A stretch of DNA of 32,000 nt from Saccharolobus solfataricus (GTDB taxonomy: Archaea > Thermoproteota > Thermoprotei_A > Sulfolobales > Sulfolobaceae), in assembly GCF_900079115.1 (NCBI RefSeq), contig NZ_LT549890.1:480001-512000 (forward strand), in the 5' to 3' direction. A model generated the notes under the pieces. It was given only the letters and a program-made list of their open reading frames with translations, did not search any database and was not told the origin of the DNA. The position numbers and the translations under genes were made by a program. Each line of letters starts with the position of its first letter. The stretch's first letter is position 1. This document shows positions 18,068 to 28,910 of this stretch, piece after piece.

Positions 18068-20161
18068 GACGTAAGCCATAACCGGCTCGAATTTTCTTCC
18101 TCTTCCTTCATAGAACTTACTGAACATCTCGTAGAAATGAAGCCTTAAATCTTGTATAAATACTACTAACCCTTCTAAGCCTATAGCTAACAAGTTCCCT
18201 ATAATCAATATGATAATTGCTATGGGGTTTATTAGGACTCCTATAGTAGTTGTGGATGGTGCAACTAAGTAGGCCATATAAGAGAATGCATATAGTATAT
18301 AATAGTGTGATAAAGCGAATACTAAGACTCTTATAAATGAAATAGTATTAGACAATAATAGTAGGGCTCCCTCAAATCCACCTTCTATGAACCCCATAGC
18401 AATCGCAGAACCCCACGTAGCATTATCATGCCTTTTAACTAAAATTGCGTGAGCAGCCCAATTATATAATAGTGCAAACGAAGTCCACCAAACTATTCCG
18501 TAACCTACAATATTTTCACTAAAGGATTTCATAAGAACGGCGTTAAGTATTTGGCCTAATATCTGTTGATCTACGGTAAAGAAATTGGCTGGATCGGTTA
18601 TACCATACATGAAGATAAATATTGGAACTACGTACAGTAAGAATAGTGGGAGTTTCTCCAAGAACAAGAATTCTGGATCCTTCTTTCTAATTGCATCTAT
18701 AACACCTAATAAGGAGCTCACAAATAGCGCTAGGGCTCCCAGTAATACTGAAAATATCATAGTATTTTCTATACTAACACTAGTACTGTACTCTCCGAAT
18801 GGTAAGAGAAACTTTATTGCCTCGGATACACTTGCTGGGATTGGCCATAAGTTGTAAAGAGGCCCTGCGCTATAGTTCCCATTATTTAATATCTCCCTTA
18901 ATCCACCTACTGGTAATGGACCAAAGAAATCTCTAGCTAGTAAACCCGTTATGATTGCAACTATACTTGAGTATATTAGAATTATGGATAATTTAGGAAT
19001 ATTTTCACTTCCTCTCTTCTTCCCATATCTGTAAAACCATATTGAGAATAGCAATAAAACTAAGGCGTTCCCAAAATCGGGGAACATTAAACCAAATAGT
19101 ATTGGGAAAGTAAAAACAAGGAAGACTATAGGTGATATTTCCCAATAGGATGGTGAGCCATATATTTCGACTAAGGATTCTAAAACCTTTATGGACTTTG
19201 GTAATTCAACTAATGTCGGTGGTTCCTCTTTTTCACCATATCTCCTAGGCCTTATATAATCCATAAATGCTAAATTATTAATCTCATTCTGTACTTTTTT
19301 AACATGTTTTTCAGGAAAATAACCTTCTATTTGCAAATAGTATTCAGAGACTCTAGCTTTATTCATGATATTTAGCGCATCACGAACAGTCAGTAATTTA
19401 CCGTATACATTTTTAATATAGTTCTCCTCAGTCTTCACTTTCTTTGCTAATTCTTCTCTAGTTCTTTCTAAAATAATGTTTATTTGATTTATTCTTTCTA
19501 AAATTTCGTTATAGAGCTGAAAAGGGGATTTTCCTTCTTGTAGCTCATATCTCCTAACCCCAGCTTCTCTCAATTTCTTATCTACATTAATATTCTTCTC
19601 GGCGATGATTAGAACAATATACCTTTCCTCTCCAAACCTCGTATAATACACGAAGTTGGAATCACCTATAATTTGGTTGATAAGCCTTAACTTGTCCTCA
19701 TCAACTTGAGCTAATATTACGTCAAATAGTTCCAAAGAATATAGTTTGGATAATTCTACAGTTATTGACTTAATCGGTTCTAGCTCTTTTAACTGTTGCT
19801 GATAAAGATCTTTCTCTGATCTCAGTCTGCCTATTTCCTCTAATAGTTCCTTGTACCTTTCTTCTAATTTCGACGCCTCTTCACTGACATCTTGTGCAGC
19901 CTTGATCCAACTACTTACTTTGATGCTCCCCAATGGTTCTATTACTAATCCTCCTAATTCCATGATTATTTTTAATTTACTTACGTGATCTTGTACTGCC
20001 GTGATAAGTCTTCTAGCATCTTCTATTCTTTCATTGCCTAATGGGTAAAGGGGGTCTTCTGGTTGAAACATGCCGAGCTTGAGGAGTTTAGTTATAATAG
20101 GGTCTATCGCTGATTTATCAGAAATTATCTGTAATCTGACCATATTCTCTGGCAATAGCAC
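18056..20161 (-). CDS. atpI: A1AO ATPase subunit I (membrane stator, a-type)
   Basis: 701-aa ORF with a coiled-coil hydrophilic N-terminal half and a polytopic C-terminal half. It is divergent from atpF. Confidence 0.85.
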   Translation of the reverse strand: MLLPENMVRLQIISDKSAIDPIITKLLKLGMFQPEDPLYPLGNERIEDARRLITAVQDHVSKLKIIMELGGLVIEPLGSIKVSSWIKAAQDVSEEASKLEERYKELLEEIGRLRSEKDLYQQQLKELEPIKSITVELSKLYSLELFDVILAQVDEDKLRLINQIIGDSNFVYYTRFGEERYIVLIIAEKNINVDKKLREAGVRRYELQEGKSPFQLYNEILERINQINIILERTREELAKKVKTEENYIKNVYGKLLTVRDALNIMNKARVSEYYLQIEGYFPEKHVKKVQNEINNLAFMDYIRPRRYGEKEEPPTLVELPKSIKVLESLVEIYGSPSYWEISPIVFLVFTFPILFGLMFPDFGNALVLLLFSIWFYRYGKKRGSENIPKLSIILIYSSIVAIITGLLARDFFGPLPVGGLREILNNGNYSAGPLYNLWPIPASVSEAIKFLLPFGEYSTSVSIENTMIFSVLLGALALFVSSLLGVIDAIRKKDPEFLFLEKLPLFLLYVVPIFIFMYGITDPANFFTVDQQILGQILNAVLMKSFSENIVGYGIVWWTSFALLYNWAAHAILVKRHDNATWGSAIAMGFIEGGFEGALLLLSNTISFIRVLVFALSHYYILYAFSYMAYLVAPSTTTIGVLINPIAIIILIIGNLLAIGLEGLVVFIQDLRLHFYEMFSKFYEGRGRKFEPVMAYVSLE

Positions 20162-20235
20162 TTCAATTACCTCGGGATATGTATTAGTAGGTCACTTATA
20201 AGTATTTAATCTCTGTTATTTAGAATTAATTCGCA

Positions 20236-20538
20236 ATGGGTAAAGTGTTTGTAGTTGGAGACAAGTATACAGTTTCCTTGTTTAGAATGGTTGGAACGGA
20301 AGGGGATTTCATAGATGATCCTTACAATCTGCCTGATATTATTTCTAAATTAAAGAAAAGAGAAGATATAGATTTAATATTAATAACGAAAGACATGTAT
20401 GAACCTATAAGGGGAAAAATTGATCCACTTATTGCAGATCAAAGAAAACCTTTAATAACAATTATTCCTTCTCCATTTAGTGAATCCAAGCCATTAGACG
20501 TAAGAAAGATGATAATGAAAGCGTTAGGTTTTGGGTGA
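20236..20538 (+). CDS. atpF: A1AO ATPase subunit F
   Basis: 100-aa ORF starting MGKVFVVGDKYTVSLFRMVG, first gene of the plus-strand ATPase operon. Confidence 0.8.
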   Translation: MGKVFVVGDKYTVSLFRMVGTEGDFIDDPYNLPDIISKLKKREDIDLILITKDMYEPIRGKIDPLIADQRKPLITIIPSPFSESKPLDVRKMIMKALGFG

Positions 20539-20543
20539 AATAA

Positions 20544-21128
20544 ATGGATTTCGAACAGTTGTTGGATAAATCCTTAAACAAAGTTAGGGAAGAAATAAAA
20601 ACGGAGTTGAGTAAAAGCTTAGATGAGGCTATAAAGCTACTCAATGAAGGTCATAATAAGATAGTACAAGAATATTCACAGAGGATAAATGAATTAATAG
20701 TTAAAACTAAGGAAGAAATTGAAGGAGAAAAAGCTAGACTAGAGGTGGAAAATAAGCGAACATTATTAGTTGAGAAAGAGTACTGGATAAATAAAGTTTA
20801 TGAAAGAGTTTTGGGAAAGATTGGAGAAGTAGTTAAGACCAAGGAGTACAAGGACGCAATAGAGAACATAATAAGTAAAGAAATTAAAGAGATTAGAGAA
20901 GAGAAAGTTACCATATATTGTTCCCCAAATGATAAACTAATGATAGAGAAAATTGTAGGCAATAATAAAAACGTAACTGTAAAGACTGATGAGAAAATGC
21001 TTGGTGGAATAAAAATATATTTTGAAAGGAGTGGATTAACAAGAGATTTTTCATTAAAGCTTATCTTAGACCAAGTTTTTGATAGTATGAGGGGAAAGAT
21101 TTCAGACATGTTGTTTGGAGGTAAGTAA
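20544..21128 (+). CDS. atpE: A1AO ATPase subunit E (peripheral stalk)
   Basis: 194-aa ORF with a long charged N-terminal coiled coil and a globular C-terminal domain. Its position between atpF and atpA fits. Confidence 0.8.
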   Translation: MDFEQLLDKSLNKVREEIKTELSKSLDEAIKLLNEGHNKIVQEYSQRINELIVKTKEEIEGEKARLEVENKRTLLVEKEYWINKVYERVLGKIGEVVKTKEYKDAIENIISKEIKEIREEKVTIYCSPNDKLMIEKIVGNNKNVTVKTDEKMLGGIKIYFERSGLTRDFSLKLILDQVFDSMRGKISDMLFGGK

Positions 21129-21130
21129 AA

Positions 21131-22909
21131 ATGGATAATGGAAGGATTGTCAGGATAAATGGTCCATTAGTCGTAGCAGATAACATGAGAAATGCACAGA
21201 TGTATGAAGTAGTAGAAGTTGGAGAGCCTAGATTAATCGGAGAGATTACTAGAATAGAAGGAGATAGAGCATTCATTCAAGTTTATGAAGACACTAGTGG
21301 AATAAAACCAAATGAGCCAGTGTACAGAACGGGTGCTCCTCTGTCAATAGAGCTGGGTCCAGGCTTAATAGGAAAAATATTTGATGGATTACAAAGGCCA
21401 CTAGACTCAATCAAAGAGCTCACAAAATCTCCTTTTATAGCAAGAGGTATAAAGGTTCCATCCATCGATAGAAAAACCAAATGGCACTTTGTGCCTAAAG
21501 TTAAGAAAGGAGATAAGGTCGAAGGTGGAAGCATCATAGGAATAGTAAACGAAACTCCATTAGTAGAGCATAGAATTCTAGTTCCTCCCTATGTTCACGG
21601 CACCTTAAAGGAAGTCGTTGCAGAGGGAGATTATACAGTTGAAGATCCGATAGCGATTGTTGATATGAATGGCGATGAGGTACCAGTGAAGTTAATGCAA
21701 AAGTGGCCAGTTAGAATTCCTAGACCGTTTAAAGAGAAGCTAGAGCCAACTGAACCATTATTAACTGGAACCAGAGTACTGGATACGATATTCCCAATAG
21801 CTAAAGGAGGAACAGCAGCAATACCAGGGCCCTTTGGAAGTGGAAAAACAGTCACATTGCAGAGTTTAGCTAAGTGGAGTGCCGCAAAAATAGTAATTTA
21901 TGTGGGATGTGGTGAGAGAGGAAACGAGATGACAGATGAGTTAAGACAATTCCCAAGTCTTAAAGATCCTTGGACTGGTAGACCCTTGTTAGAAAGGACA
22001 ATACTAGTTGCTAATACAAGCAATATGCCAGTAGCAGCTAGGGAAGCAAGTATATATGTTGGTATAACTATGGCAGAGTATTTCAGAGATCAAGGATATG
22101 ATACATTACTAGTTGCAGATTCAACTTCGAGATGGGCTGAAGCTCTAAGAGATTTAGGAGGAAGAATGGAGGAAATGCCAGCGGAAGAGGGATTCCCAAG
22201 CTATTTACCATCTAGACTTGCAGAATATTATGAGAGAGCTGGAAGAGTTAAAACAATAGGAAATCCAGAAAGATTTGGTTCAGTTACCGTTGCTTCTGCA
22301 GTATCTCCACCTGGTGGAGATTTCACAGAACCAGTAACAAGCCAAACGTTAAGATTCGTTAAAGTTTTCTGGCCTTTAGATGTATCATTAGCACAAGCCA
22401 GACACTATCCAGCTATTAATTGGCTTCAAGGATTCTCAGCATATGTAGACTTGGTAGCAAATTGGTGGAACACGAATGTAGATCCAAAGTGGAGGGAAAT
22501 GAGAGATATGATGGTAAGGACACTGATTAGAGAGGACGAGTTAAGACAAATAGTTAGATTAGTAGGACCAGAATCTCTAGCAGAAAAGGATAAATTAATA
22601 CTCGAAACAGCAAGGTTAATTAAAGAGGCATTCTTAAAGCAAAACGCCTATGACGATATAGATGCCTTCTCTTCTCCACAGAAGCAAGCTAGAATAATGA
22701 GATTAATTTACCTATTTAACACATATGCTTCTAAATTAGTTGAAAGGGGAATTCCTACGAAGAAAATAGTAGATAGTATGGGACAGCTCTTACCAGAGAT
22801 TATTAGATCGAAAGCCGCAATCAAGAACGATGAGTTAAATAGGTATGATGAGTTAGAGAGAAAATTAATTACTGTCTTTGAGAATTTGGAAAAGGAGGCT
22901 GGTACTTAA
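21131..22909 (+). CDS. atpA: A1AO ATPase catalytic subunit A
   Basis: 592-aa ORF with Walker A GPFGSGKT and the A-subunit non-homologous insert. The length leaves no room for an intein. GGAGG lies upstream of the ATG. Confidence 0.95.
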
Positions 22910-24300
22910 TGTTAAGCGTAAGGGAATTTTCAAACATATCTATGATTAAAGGCCCACTAGTTTATGTTCAAGGAGTAACGGATGCATCATATAACGAGCT
23001 AGTAGAAATTGAGATGCCGAATGGTGAAAGAAGAAGAGGTCTAGTTATAGATTCTCAAATGGGAATAGCAATTGTGCAAGTTTTTGAAGGAACTACTGGC
23101 GTTTCACCTACAGGGACTAAGATAAGAATGTTAGGAAGAGGCTTGGAGGTAAAGATCTCAGAGGAAATGTTAGGGCGTATATTTAATCCACTAGGTGATT
23201 CATTAGACAACGGACCACCAGTGATTAAAGGCGAAAAAAGAGATATAAATGGATCCCCATTAAACCCAGCTGCAAGAGAGTATCCTGAGGAGTTTATACA
23301 GACCGGGATATCTGCAATAGATGGATTAAACGCGTTATTGAGAGGACAAAAGTTGCCTATATTTAGTGGTAGTGGATTGCCAGCTAATATGTTGGCTGCA
23401 CAAATAGCTAAACAAGCAACTGTAAGGGGAGAGGAAAGTAACTTCGCAGTAGTCTTTGCCGCGATTGGTGCTAGATACGATGATGCTCTATTTTTCCGTA
23501 AGTTCTTCGAAGAGACTGGTGCTATTAATAGGGTTGCAATGATAGTTAGTTTAGCAAACGAACCACCGGTGATGAAGACATTAACACCAAAGACTGCATT
23601 AACGTTAGCGGAATATTTAGCCTTTGAACAAGATATGCACGTACTAGCAATATTAATTGATATGACCAACTATTGTGAGGCTCTAAGGGAAATTAGTGCT
23701 GCTAGAGAAGAAGTACCTGGCAGAGGTGGATATCCTGGTTATATGTACACTGATTTAGCAACGATTTATGAAAGAGCAGGAAAAGTTATAGGGAAGAAGG
23801 GCTCAATCACGCAGATGCCAATATTGACAATGCCAAATGACGATATAACCCATCCAATTCCAGACTTAACGGGTTATATAACTGAAGGGCAAATAGTCCT
23901 TGATAGGGCTTTATATAATAAGGGTATTTATCCACCTATCAACGTTTTGATGAGTCTATCGAGATTAGCGAAAGATGGTATTGGAGAAGGAAAAACTAGG
24001 GATGATCACAAGGATGTCTCAAATCAGTTATTTGCCTCATATGCTAGGGCAGTAGACACTAGAGGACTAGCTGCAATAATAGGCGAGGATTCATTGTCAG
24101 AAGTTGATAGAAAGTATTTACTATTTGGTGAGCTTTTTGAGAGGAAGTTTGTTAGTCAAGGATTTAATGAAAATAGGAGTATAGAGACCACATTGGATAT
24201 TGGCTGGGAAATTTTATCAGTCTTGCCTGAATCAGAGCTAACGAACATAAAGACGCAATATATACAGAAATATCATCCGAATTATAGGGGTAAGAAATGA
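22909..24300 (+). CDS. atpB: A1AO ATPase subunit B
   Basis: 463-aa ORF. The start overlaps the atpA stop (TAATG) and the sequence is typical of a non-catalytic B subunit. Confidence 0.95.
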
Positions 24301-24938
24301 GCCAAAAAGTTTTGCCAACAAAAATAAATTTGATACAGTTTAGAAGGCAATTGAGATTAATTACAGTTATAAAGAGATTATTGGAAAATAAGAGGGAGGT
24401 CTTGCTTCTCTACTTGAGGACTTATGCTTCACAATATGAAAAAATTTACAATGAAGTAAATGAAGAGATGAAGAAAGTTTATGAGAGTTATTTACAAGCA
24501 GTAGCATCAGAGGGAATATCTAATATAGAGGAAATGGCTCTTTCACAAAAACCTAGCCTAGAGGTTAATAGCGCAATAAAAGTAATTTTTGGAGTTAAGG
24601 TTCCTACAATAAGATTAGACAAATCTACTATTCCCGCAAAGCCTTTCAGTGATGTTGAAACATCCCCTTACTTGTCAGAATCCTATGAGGAGATGACTGA
24701 AGCTTTAAACAAGATTATTGAATTAGTTGAGTTAGAGTCAACGATAAGATCGTTAGTATCAGAGTTAAGAAAAACTCAGAGGCTTATCAACTCAATAGAC
24801 AATTACATATTACCATTTTATAGGGGATCTATAAAGTTCATTAAGCAGATTTTAGAAGATAGGCAAAGGGAGGAATTCTCAAGACTTAAAATTATAAGAA
24901 GAATATTACAGAGGAGGAGGGAAAGTGGATCAAGATAA
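24297..24938 (+). CDS. atpD: A1AO ATPase subunit D (central stalk)
   Basis: 213-aa ORF starting [19 protein letters not shown]. It overlaps the atpB stop by 4 nt. Confidence 0.88.
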
Positions 24939-25083
24939 ATATTTACAAATTTTAAGAAACTCCCTAGAGGAGAAAAAGAGCGAAATTTTAAAGAATATAA
25001 ATATGGAATATGAAAAACTGCTAAAAAATAGGCTAAGTCAGTTAGATGAAGTAAAAAGAAAGGTTTTAAAGGAATTGTCATAA
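24925..25083 (+). CDS. small coiled-coil ATPase-operon protein (G/H-like, the 'epsilon' of older Sulfolobus nomenclature), GTG start
   Basis: Absent from the ORF track (52 aa). Hand translation gives [52 protein letters not shown] with a stop at 25081-25083. GAGGAGGAGG lies 4 nt upstream of the GTG, and the ORF overlaps the atpD end by 14 nt. Confidence 0.55.
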   Translation: MDQDKYLQILRNSLEEKKSEILKNINMEYEKLLKNRLSQLDEVKRKVLKELS

Positions 25084-25103
25084 TAGTTTTCTGGGACTTA
25101 ACT

Positions 25104-25412
25104 ATGAAGAGAGCTAGTTTGATCCTAGCCTTCCTAATACCAGTATTAGTAAGTAGTGTAATAGCAGCAGCACAAGCACCATCAGATACTGCACAAGGTT
25201 TTGCCGGTATTAACATAGGTGCAGGACTAGCAGTTGGTTTAGCTGCGATAGGAGCCGGAATAGCAGTTGGTATGGCAGCAGCAGCTGGAGTGGGTGTACT
25301 AACGGAAAGAAGAGATATGTTCGGTACAGTTCTAATTTTCGTAGCTATTGGTGAAGGAATAGCAGTATACGGAATCTTGTTCGCTGTACTAATGTTGTTC
25401 GGTAAGTTCTAA
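25104..25412 (+). CDS. atpK: A1AO ATPase proteolipid (c subunit)
   Basis: 102-aa ORF with Gly/Ala-rich helices and the conserved carboxylate in IGEGIAVYG. Confidence 0.88.
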   Translation: MKRASLILAFLIPVLVSSVIAAAQAPSDTAQGFAGINIGAGLAVGLAAIGAGIAVGMAAAAGVGVLTERRDMFGTVLIFVAIGEGIAVYGILFAVLMLFGKF

Positions 25413-25456
25413 AATAAAGGTTAAAGTTTTTTATCTCCTTATGTTTTTTCCTTTTT

Positions 25457-26902
25457 GTGCAGATAACTAGAGAGAAGTGGTCAAAAAACTTTAGTGAATG
25501 GTTTGATTGGGTATTAAGAGAAGGAGAATTTTACGATTATGGGAGATATCCAATAAAAGGTATGGGAGTATGGATGCCATATGGATTTAAGCTAAGACAA
25601 AATATAATAGGAATAATTAGAAATTTTCTAGACTCTACTGGACATGAGGAAGTATTGTTTCCACTTCTAATCCCAGAAGATTTGCTAAGGAGAGAAAGCA
25701 CGCATATTAAAGGATTTGAAGAGGAGGTATTCTGGGTAACTAAGGGAGGAAGCACGGACTTAGACGTTAAACTTGCGCTAAGACCAACTAGTGAAGTCGC
25801 AATAACCACAATGGAAAACTTATGGTTGAAAAGCTACAAGCAATTACCTAAAAAGTACTATCAAATTGTAAGCGTCTTTAGATATGAAACTAAGGCTACT
25901 AGGCCAATGATAAGATTAAGAGAAATTACAACTTTTAAAGAAGCCCATACGGTTCATGAAACTTACGATGATGCACAGAAACAAGTAGAAGAGGCAATAG
26001 AAATTTATAAGAAGATTTTTGACACTCTCACAATCCCATACGTCCTTTCTGAAAGACCAGAGTGGGATAGATTTGCCGGAGCTTTGCACACTTATGCTTT
26101 CGATACTATTATGCCGGATGGTAGAGCAATGCAAATAGGTACAGTGCATCACTTAGGTCAAAACTTTAGTAAGGCATTAGATTTTAAGATACAGAAAAAA
26201 GATGGTAGTTTAGACTATCCACACCAAACAAGTTATGGTATTTCAGACAGAGCAGTAGCTTCAGTAATTGCAATACATGGAGATGATCACGGACCGGTTT
26301 TACCTCCTTCTGTAGCTCCCATTAAAGTAGTAGTAATACCCATTCCTGCAAAAAATGAAGAGGAAACTCAACAAGTAATGAAATACTCAATTGAGATCTG
26401 TGAGATGTTTAACAAGAACAATATAACTTGTTTGACTGATCAAGATACTGAGAAAACACCTGGGGAGAAGTTCTATATTTGGGAAATTAAGGGAGTTCCA
26501 ATTAGACTAGAAATCGGCCCAAGGGAGCTTATTTCTGGCACAGTATTTATAAAGAGAAGAGACAATTTTAAGTCTTATACTGTAAGGAAAGAAGAAGCCA
26601 TCAATAAGATTAAAGAACTTCTAAATGAAATCCAGGAAGACTTAAGAAGAAAGGCTTGGGAGGATCTTAAATCTAGAATAGAGTATTCGAATGATATTGA
26701 AAAAGCTAAGAAGATATTAGGGAATAACTCAGGTATTGTAGAAGTCCCTTGGTGTGGAAGTAACGAGTGTGGCTTAAAAATTGAGGAACTTACCAATGCG
26801 AGAGTACTAGGTTATCCAATAGAGAAGAGAGAAGTTAATGATAAGTGCGTAATTTGTAAAATGAACGCAAAAACAGTTCTAAGGATTGCAAAAACTTATT
26901 AG
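25457..26902 (+). CDS. proS: prolyl-tRNA synthetase (archaeal/eukaryotic type)
   Basis: 481-aa ORF with a GTG start, class II core motifs (FRYE, motif 3 region) and a C-terminal Cys cluster WCGSNECG...CVIC. Confidence 0.9.
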
Positions 26903-26936
26903 AGATTAAATAGTGTGAATTAAATAGGGTGTAAAA

Positions 26937-27224
26937 TTGCCAAAGAAGAGAGAGAACAGAGGAAGAAGAAAAGGAGATAAAGGACATGTTGGTTATATAA
27001 GTTGTGATCAATGTGGTGCTAGAGTACCAGAGGATAAGGCAGTATGTGTAACAAAAATGTATAGCCCCGTGGATGCTTCTCTAGCATCTGAATTAGAAAA
27101 GAAGGGTGCAATAATTGCTAGATATCCTGTAACTAAGTGTTACTGTGTGAATTGTGCGGTATTTTTGGGTATTATTAAGATAAGAGCAGAAAATGAGAGA
27201 AAGCAAAAAGCTCGTTTAAGATAG
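26937..27224 (+). CDS. rps26e: 30S ribosomal protein S26e
   Basis: 95-aa ORF with a TTG start. MPKKRENRGRRKGDKGHVGYISCDQCGARVPEDKAV and a second CxxC are typical of eS26. Confidence 0.88.
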   Translation: MPKKRENRGRRKGDKGHVGYISCDQCGARVPEDKAVCVTKMYSPVDASLASELEKKGAIIARYPVTKCYCVNCAVFLGIIKIRAENERKQKARLR

Positions 27225-27257
27225 GCTTTTAAACCTTTAGTCAGAATATGTGATGAA

Positions 27258-28274
27258 ATGAGACTTTATGAATTATCTTTTGCACAAATTGAAGATTTTT
27301 TCTATAAACTAGCAGAAGTTAAAGATATTATAAAAGATCATGGTCTATTAGAATTTCTACCAGAATTTAAAAAATTGGATTCAACTGTCCATACGGGAAC
27401 TACTAGAGTGAAGCATGCATTTCCAATCTTTCAAAAGGGAGGAGTCGTCATGGATATTACAAACGTTCAGCAGGCTCAAATAGCGGAGGAAGCTGGGGCT
27501 GTAGCTGTAATGGTTCTAGACAAGCTACCTTATGATGTTAGAAAGTCTGGTGGTGTGGCTAGAATGGCGGATCCTAAGATAATTGAGGAGGTAATGAGTT
27601 CAATAACAATACCAGTAATGGCGAAAGTGAGAATTGGTCACTATTACGAGGCTAAACTACTAGAAGCATTAGGTGTTGACATGATAGATGAAAGTGAAGT
27701 CCTAACACCAGCTGACGAGGAACATCACATAAACAAGTGGGAATTTAGTGTACCGTTCGTCAATGGAGCTAGAAATCTGGGAGAAGCACTAAGAAGAACA
27801 TCAGAAGGAGCATCAATGATAAGAACTAAAGGTGAAGCAGGAACTGGAAATGTAAGTGAGGCAGTAAAGCACATGAAGATAATAAATAGTGAGATAAGAA
27901 GCTTGATAAGTATGTCGGAGGAAGATAGGGTCAAAAAAGCAAGAGAATATCAAGTTCCTTACCAGATAGTTGAGCTCACTGCGAAAATCAAGAGATTACC
28001 AATAGTCAACTTCGCTGCTGGAGGTATAGCGACACCGGCTGATGCTGCTCTTATGATGTGGTTAGGTGCTGATGGGTTGTTTGTTGGTTCTGGTATATTT
28101 AAGAGCCAAGATCCGGACGAAAGAGCTAAAGCAGTAGTCCTAGCGGCAGCTTGCTGGGAATACCCAGAAATCGTATTGGAAGCTCAGAAAATGATAAGCG
28201 AACAGAAAAGTATGATGGGAATTGATATAAAATCTCTAAAACCGGAAGAATTACTACAAGTGAGAGGGCTATGA
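27258..28274 (+). CDS. pdxS: pyridoxal 5'-phosphate synthase, synthase subunit
   Basis: 338-aa ORF with [14 protein letters not shown] and [30 protein letters not shown], both PdxS hallmarks. Confidence 0.93.
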
Positions 28275-28873
28275 AAATAGGTATAATAGCTTATCAAGGG
28301 AGTTTCGAAGAACATTTTCTTCAGTTAAAGAGGGCTTTTGATAAACTATCATTAAATGGCGAGATTATTTCAATAAAGATTCCTAAAGATCTAAAGGGTG
28401 TGGACGGAGTAATAATACCGGGAGGGGAAAGCACTACAATAGGATTAGTAGCTAAAAGGCTAGGGCTATTAGATGAACTGAAAGAGAAAATTACATCTGG
28501 TTTACCAGTCTTAGGAACGTGTGCTGGTGCTATAATGTTAGCAAAGGAAGTAAGTGATGCCAAAGTAGGTAAAACCTCACAACCATTAATAGGAACAATG
28601 AATATTAGTGTGATTAGAAATTATTATGGAAGACAAAAGGAAAGTTTTGAAGCTATAGTTGATCTATCTAAAATAGGTAAGGATAAAGCTCATGTGGTAT
28701 TCATTAGAGCTCCAGCAATAGCGAAAGTATGGGGAAAGGCTCAAAGCTTAGCTGAGTTAAATGGTGTAACAGTTTTCGCTGAAGAAAATAATATGCTTGC
28801 TACTACATTTCACCCCGAATTATCTGATACAACTTCGATACACGAATATTTCCTACATCTAGTTAAAGGGTAA
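28271..28873 (+). CDS. pdxT: pyridoxal 5'-phosphate synthase, glutaminase subunit
   Basis: 200-aa ORF with GGESTT, the nucleophile motif GTCAG and TFHPE. It overlaps pdxS by 4 nt. Confidence 0.92.
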
Positions 28874-28910
28874 TCTTTTATTTTTATATAATATATACCT
28901 CGATTGAAAA

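Noticed and set aside
23055-23669. Long antisense ORFs in the track, such as the 204-aa ORF opposite atpB, the 173-aa ORF opposite the PIN/KH ATPase gene and the 132-aa ORF at 24818-25216.
   Set aside because: They are shadow frames of well-supported genes with low-complexity Ser/Leu/Ile-rich translations and no motifs. The same applies to the other 60-110-aa antisense ORFs in the track.
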